Assembly: GCA_963827235.1 (NCBI GenBank)
Contig: CAWHAE010000008.1
Span: 224,001 to 288,000 of the forward strand
Length of the DNA stretch: 64,000 nt
Source: an uncultured bacterium
Lineage (GTDB): Bacteria > Chloroflexota > UBA5177 > JANWHV01
Reading direction: 5' to 3'
Both the position numbers and the translations under genes were made by a program. A model generated the notes under the pieces. That model did no database searches. It saw only the letters and a program-made list of their open reading frames with translations, and was not told the origin of the DNA. This document shows positions 62,054 through 64,000 of the stretch, in pieces. How positions within the stretch are numbered: position 1 is the first letter of the stretch; the number at the start of each line of letters is the position of its first letter.

Positions 62054-63589
62054 GTGAGTCCTGGCGAGCGCGTCGATGTGTCCGGTTTCGTGTCGCTGGT
62101 CGGTGCGGGTCCCGGCGACCCGGGGCTGATCACGGTCAAGGGCCTGCAACGGCTGCGCGAGGCGGAGGTCGTCGTCTACGATCGGCTGGCTAACGAGGAC
62201 CTGCTTCAGGAAGCACCAAACTCGGCGCTGCTGATCTTTGCTGGCAAACAACCTGGCAGCCATGCCCTGTCCCAGCGCCAGATCAATGACCTCTTGGTCC
62301 AGCATGGACAGGCCGGGCGCCGAGTCGTGCGCCTCAAGGGCGGGGACCCCTTCGTGTTCGGCCGTGGCGGCGAGGAGGCTGAGGCCCTGGTGGACGCGGG
62401 TATCCGTTACGAGGTGGTTCCCGGTGTGACATCCGCGATCGCGGCGCCGGCCTACGCAGGTATACCGGTGACACACCGGGATCTCACGACCGCGTTCACG
62501 GTGGTCACCGGTCACGAGGACCCCGAGAAGGCGGTGTCGGCTATCCCATGGCAGTCTCTGGCCGTGGGGCCGGACACCGTCGTCTTCCTGATGGGTATCG
62601 GGCAGCTCGAAGAGATCGCCTCCCGGCTGACCGGCGCCGGTCGCGATGCCTCGACCCCGGTCGCGGTCGTCCGGCGCGGGACGTGGCCCGACCAGCAGGT
62701 GGTGCTGGGCACTCTGGCGAACATAGCGTCAAAGGTTCGCGACGCTGGCATCGAGCCGCCTGCGGTTGCAGTGGTAGGGCAGGTGGCAGGTCTGGCGGGC
62801 AAGTTGCACTGGTTTCGCCCGCCTGCACTGGCCGGCAAGTGCGTGCTCGTCACACGGTCGCGCGAGCAGGCCAGCGCGCTCACCTCGCTGCTGCGGTCGC
62901 TCGGGGCGAGCGTGTTGGAGTATCCGGCGATCCGCATCCTGCCTGCCGAGGACTACGCCGAACTTGATGCAGCGTTGCGGCAGAGCGATCGATACAGGTG
63001 GATCTGCTTCACCAGCGTCAACGCGGTTGCCGCCGTAGACCGTCGGCTGCAGGAATTGGGCCTCGACTGGAGCGACCTGAGCCTTTCCGGAGTGGCGGCG
63101 ATCGGGCCCGCCACGCGAGACGCCCTGGTGGCCAGAGGTGCACGCGTCGACTACGTACCGGAGCAGTTCGTGGCCGAGGCGATTGGGCGTGACATGCCGG
63201 ACGTAGCAGGCGCGCGCTTCCTTCTCGCTCGAGCAGACATTGCCGATCAGCGGCTTGTCGACGCCCTGGCCGTCCGAGGTGCCTATGTGGAGCAGTTCAC
63301 CGCCTATCGAACGGTGATGTCCGGCGAGGACGCAGGCGCGGTGCGCGAGGCGCTCCGGTCGCGCACGATCGACGTGGTCACGTTCACCAGCTCGTCCACC
63401 GTACGCAACCTGTGCGCGGCGCTCGGTGATGGCGCGCGAGAGATGTTGGCAACGACCGTCGTCGCATGCATCGGTCCAGTGACCGCCGCGACCGCCAGGG
63501 ACCTTGGCCTGGCGCCTGCGGTCGTGGCTGCCGAGCACACGATCCCCGGCCTGGTGGAGGCTATCGAGGAGCGTCTTGCCCATGAATGA
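62054..63589 (+). CDS. cobA: Uroporphyrinogen-III C-methyltransferase / uroporphyrinogen-III synthase fusion (CobA-HemD)
   Basis: [28 protein letters not shown]; HemD half VTR, FTSVNAV, FTSSSTV, IGPVTA. Confidence 0.95.
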   Translation: MSPGERVDVSGFVSLVGAGPGDPGLITVKGLQRLREAEVVVYDRLANEDLLQEAPNSALLIFAGKQPGSHALSQRQINDLLVQHGQAGRRVVRLKGGDPFVFGRGGEEAEALVDAGIRYEVVPGVTSAIAAPAYAGIPVTHRDLTTAFTVVTGHEDPEKAVSAIPWQSLAVGPDTVVFLMGIGQLEEIASRLTGAGRDASTPVAVVRRGTWPDQQVVLGTLANIASKVRDAGIEPPAVAVVGQVAGLAGKLHWFRPPALAGKCVLVTRSREQASALTSLLRSLGASVLEYPAIRILPAEDYAELDAALRQSDRYRWICFTSVNAVAAVDRRLQELGLDWSDLSLSGVAAIGPATRDALVARGARVDYVPEQFVAEAIGRDMPDVAGARFLLARADIADQRLVDALAVRGAYVEQFTAYRTVMSGEDAGAVREALRSRTIDVVTFTSSSTVRNLCAALGDGAREMLATTVVACIGPVTAATARDLGLAPAVVAAEHTIPGLVEAIEERLAHE

Positions 63590-64000
63590 TCGATCATACG
63601 CCACGCCCAAGTCGGACCAGCTCTTTGCAGAGGCCTGCGAGCTCCTTCCGGGCGGTGTGAACAGCCCGGTGCGCGCCTTCAAGGCGGTCGGTCGCACCCC
63701 TCTGTTCGTCGACCGGGCCGAGGGTCCCTATCTCTACGATGTGGATGGACACCGCTACATCGATTACGTCTGTTCCTTTGGGCCGCTGATTGCCGGCCAC
63801 GCCAATCCGGAGATAGTCGAAGCTCTGCGTCGCGCGGCCGGGCAGGGCACGAGCTACGGAGCGCCCACGGTGCTCGAGGTTCGACTTGCCCGGGCGATCC
63901 GTGCCGCGATGCCTAGCGTCGAGATGGTACGGTTGGTCAATTCGGGCACGGAGGCCACGATGAGCGCCCTGCGGCTGGCTCGGGCGTACACCGGCCGCGA
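63582..64000 (+). CDS. hemL: Glutamate-1-semialdehyde aminomutase (partial, runs off the window)
   Basis: Manual translation [40 protein letters not shown]. Confidence 0.95.
   Translation, partial: MNDRSYATPKSDQLFAEACELLPGGVNSPVRAFKAVGRTPLFVDRAEGPYLYDVDGHRYIDYVCSFGPLIAGHANPEIVEALRRAAGQGTSYGAPTVLEVRLARAIRAAMPSVEMVRLVNSGTEATMSALRLARAYTGR

Overview
GC-rich bacterial chromosomal window, probably Chloroflexota-like (inferred from gene content: a TIGR03663-NHL fusion, a WYFAEG-repeat secreted protein, many GT-C enzymes and system II cytochrome c maturation). It is mostly core genes: ychF, fba, mrp, tex, resB-ccsA, tRNA-Asn, rarA, folC-miaA, the rpmH-rnpA-yidD-yidC-jag-pfkB-mnmE operon (with no dnaA or oriC next to it), a type IIA topoisomerase pair lacking the GyrA-box, recX, aroF, polX, uxaA, map, lipB, tyrA, cobA-hemD and partial hemL. 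Surface-glycosylation genes are scattered among them. I found no integrase, transposase, prophage, CRISPR array or rRNA. The best novelty candidates are: (1) a full-length biotin carboxylase pseudo-enzyme with an intact biotinyl domain, coupled to a small epsilon-like ORF; (2) an Mrp/ApbC ATPase that has lost its own CxxC but carries a fused CxxC (DUF1858-like) domain; (3) a Flp-pilin-like gene lacking the cleavage Gly, next to an O-antigen-ligase-family gene; (4) a palindrome-rich leader and small basic ORF divergent from the topoisomerase genes. Three apparent single-base insertions (two in resB, one in parC/gyrA) look like assembly errors. All family calls come from recognising motifs by eye, not from database searches.
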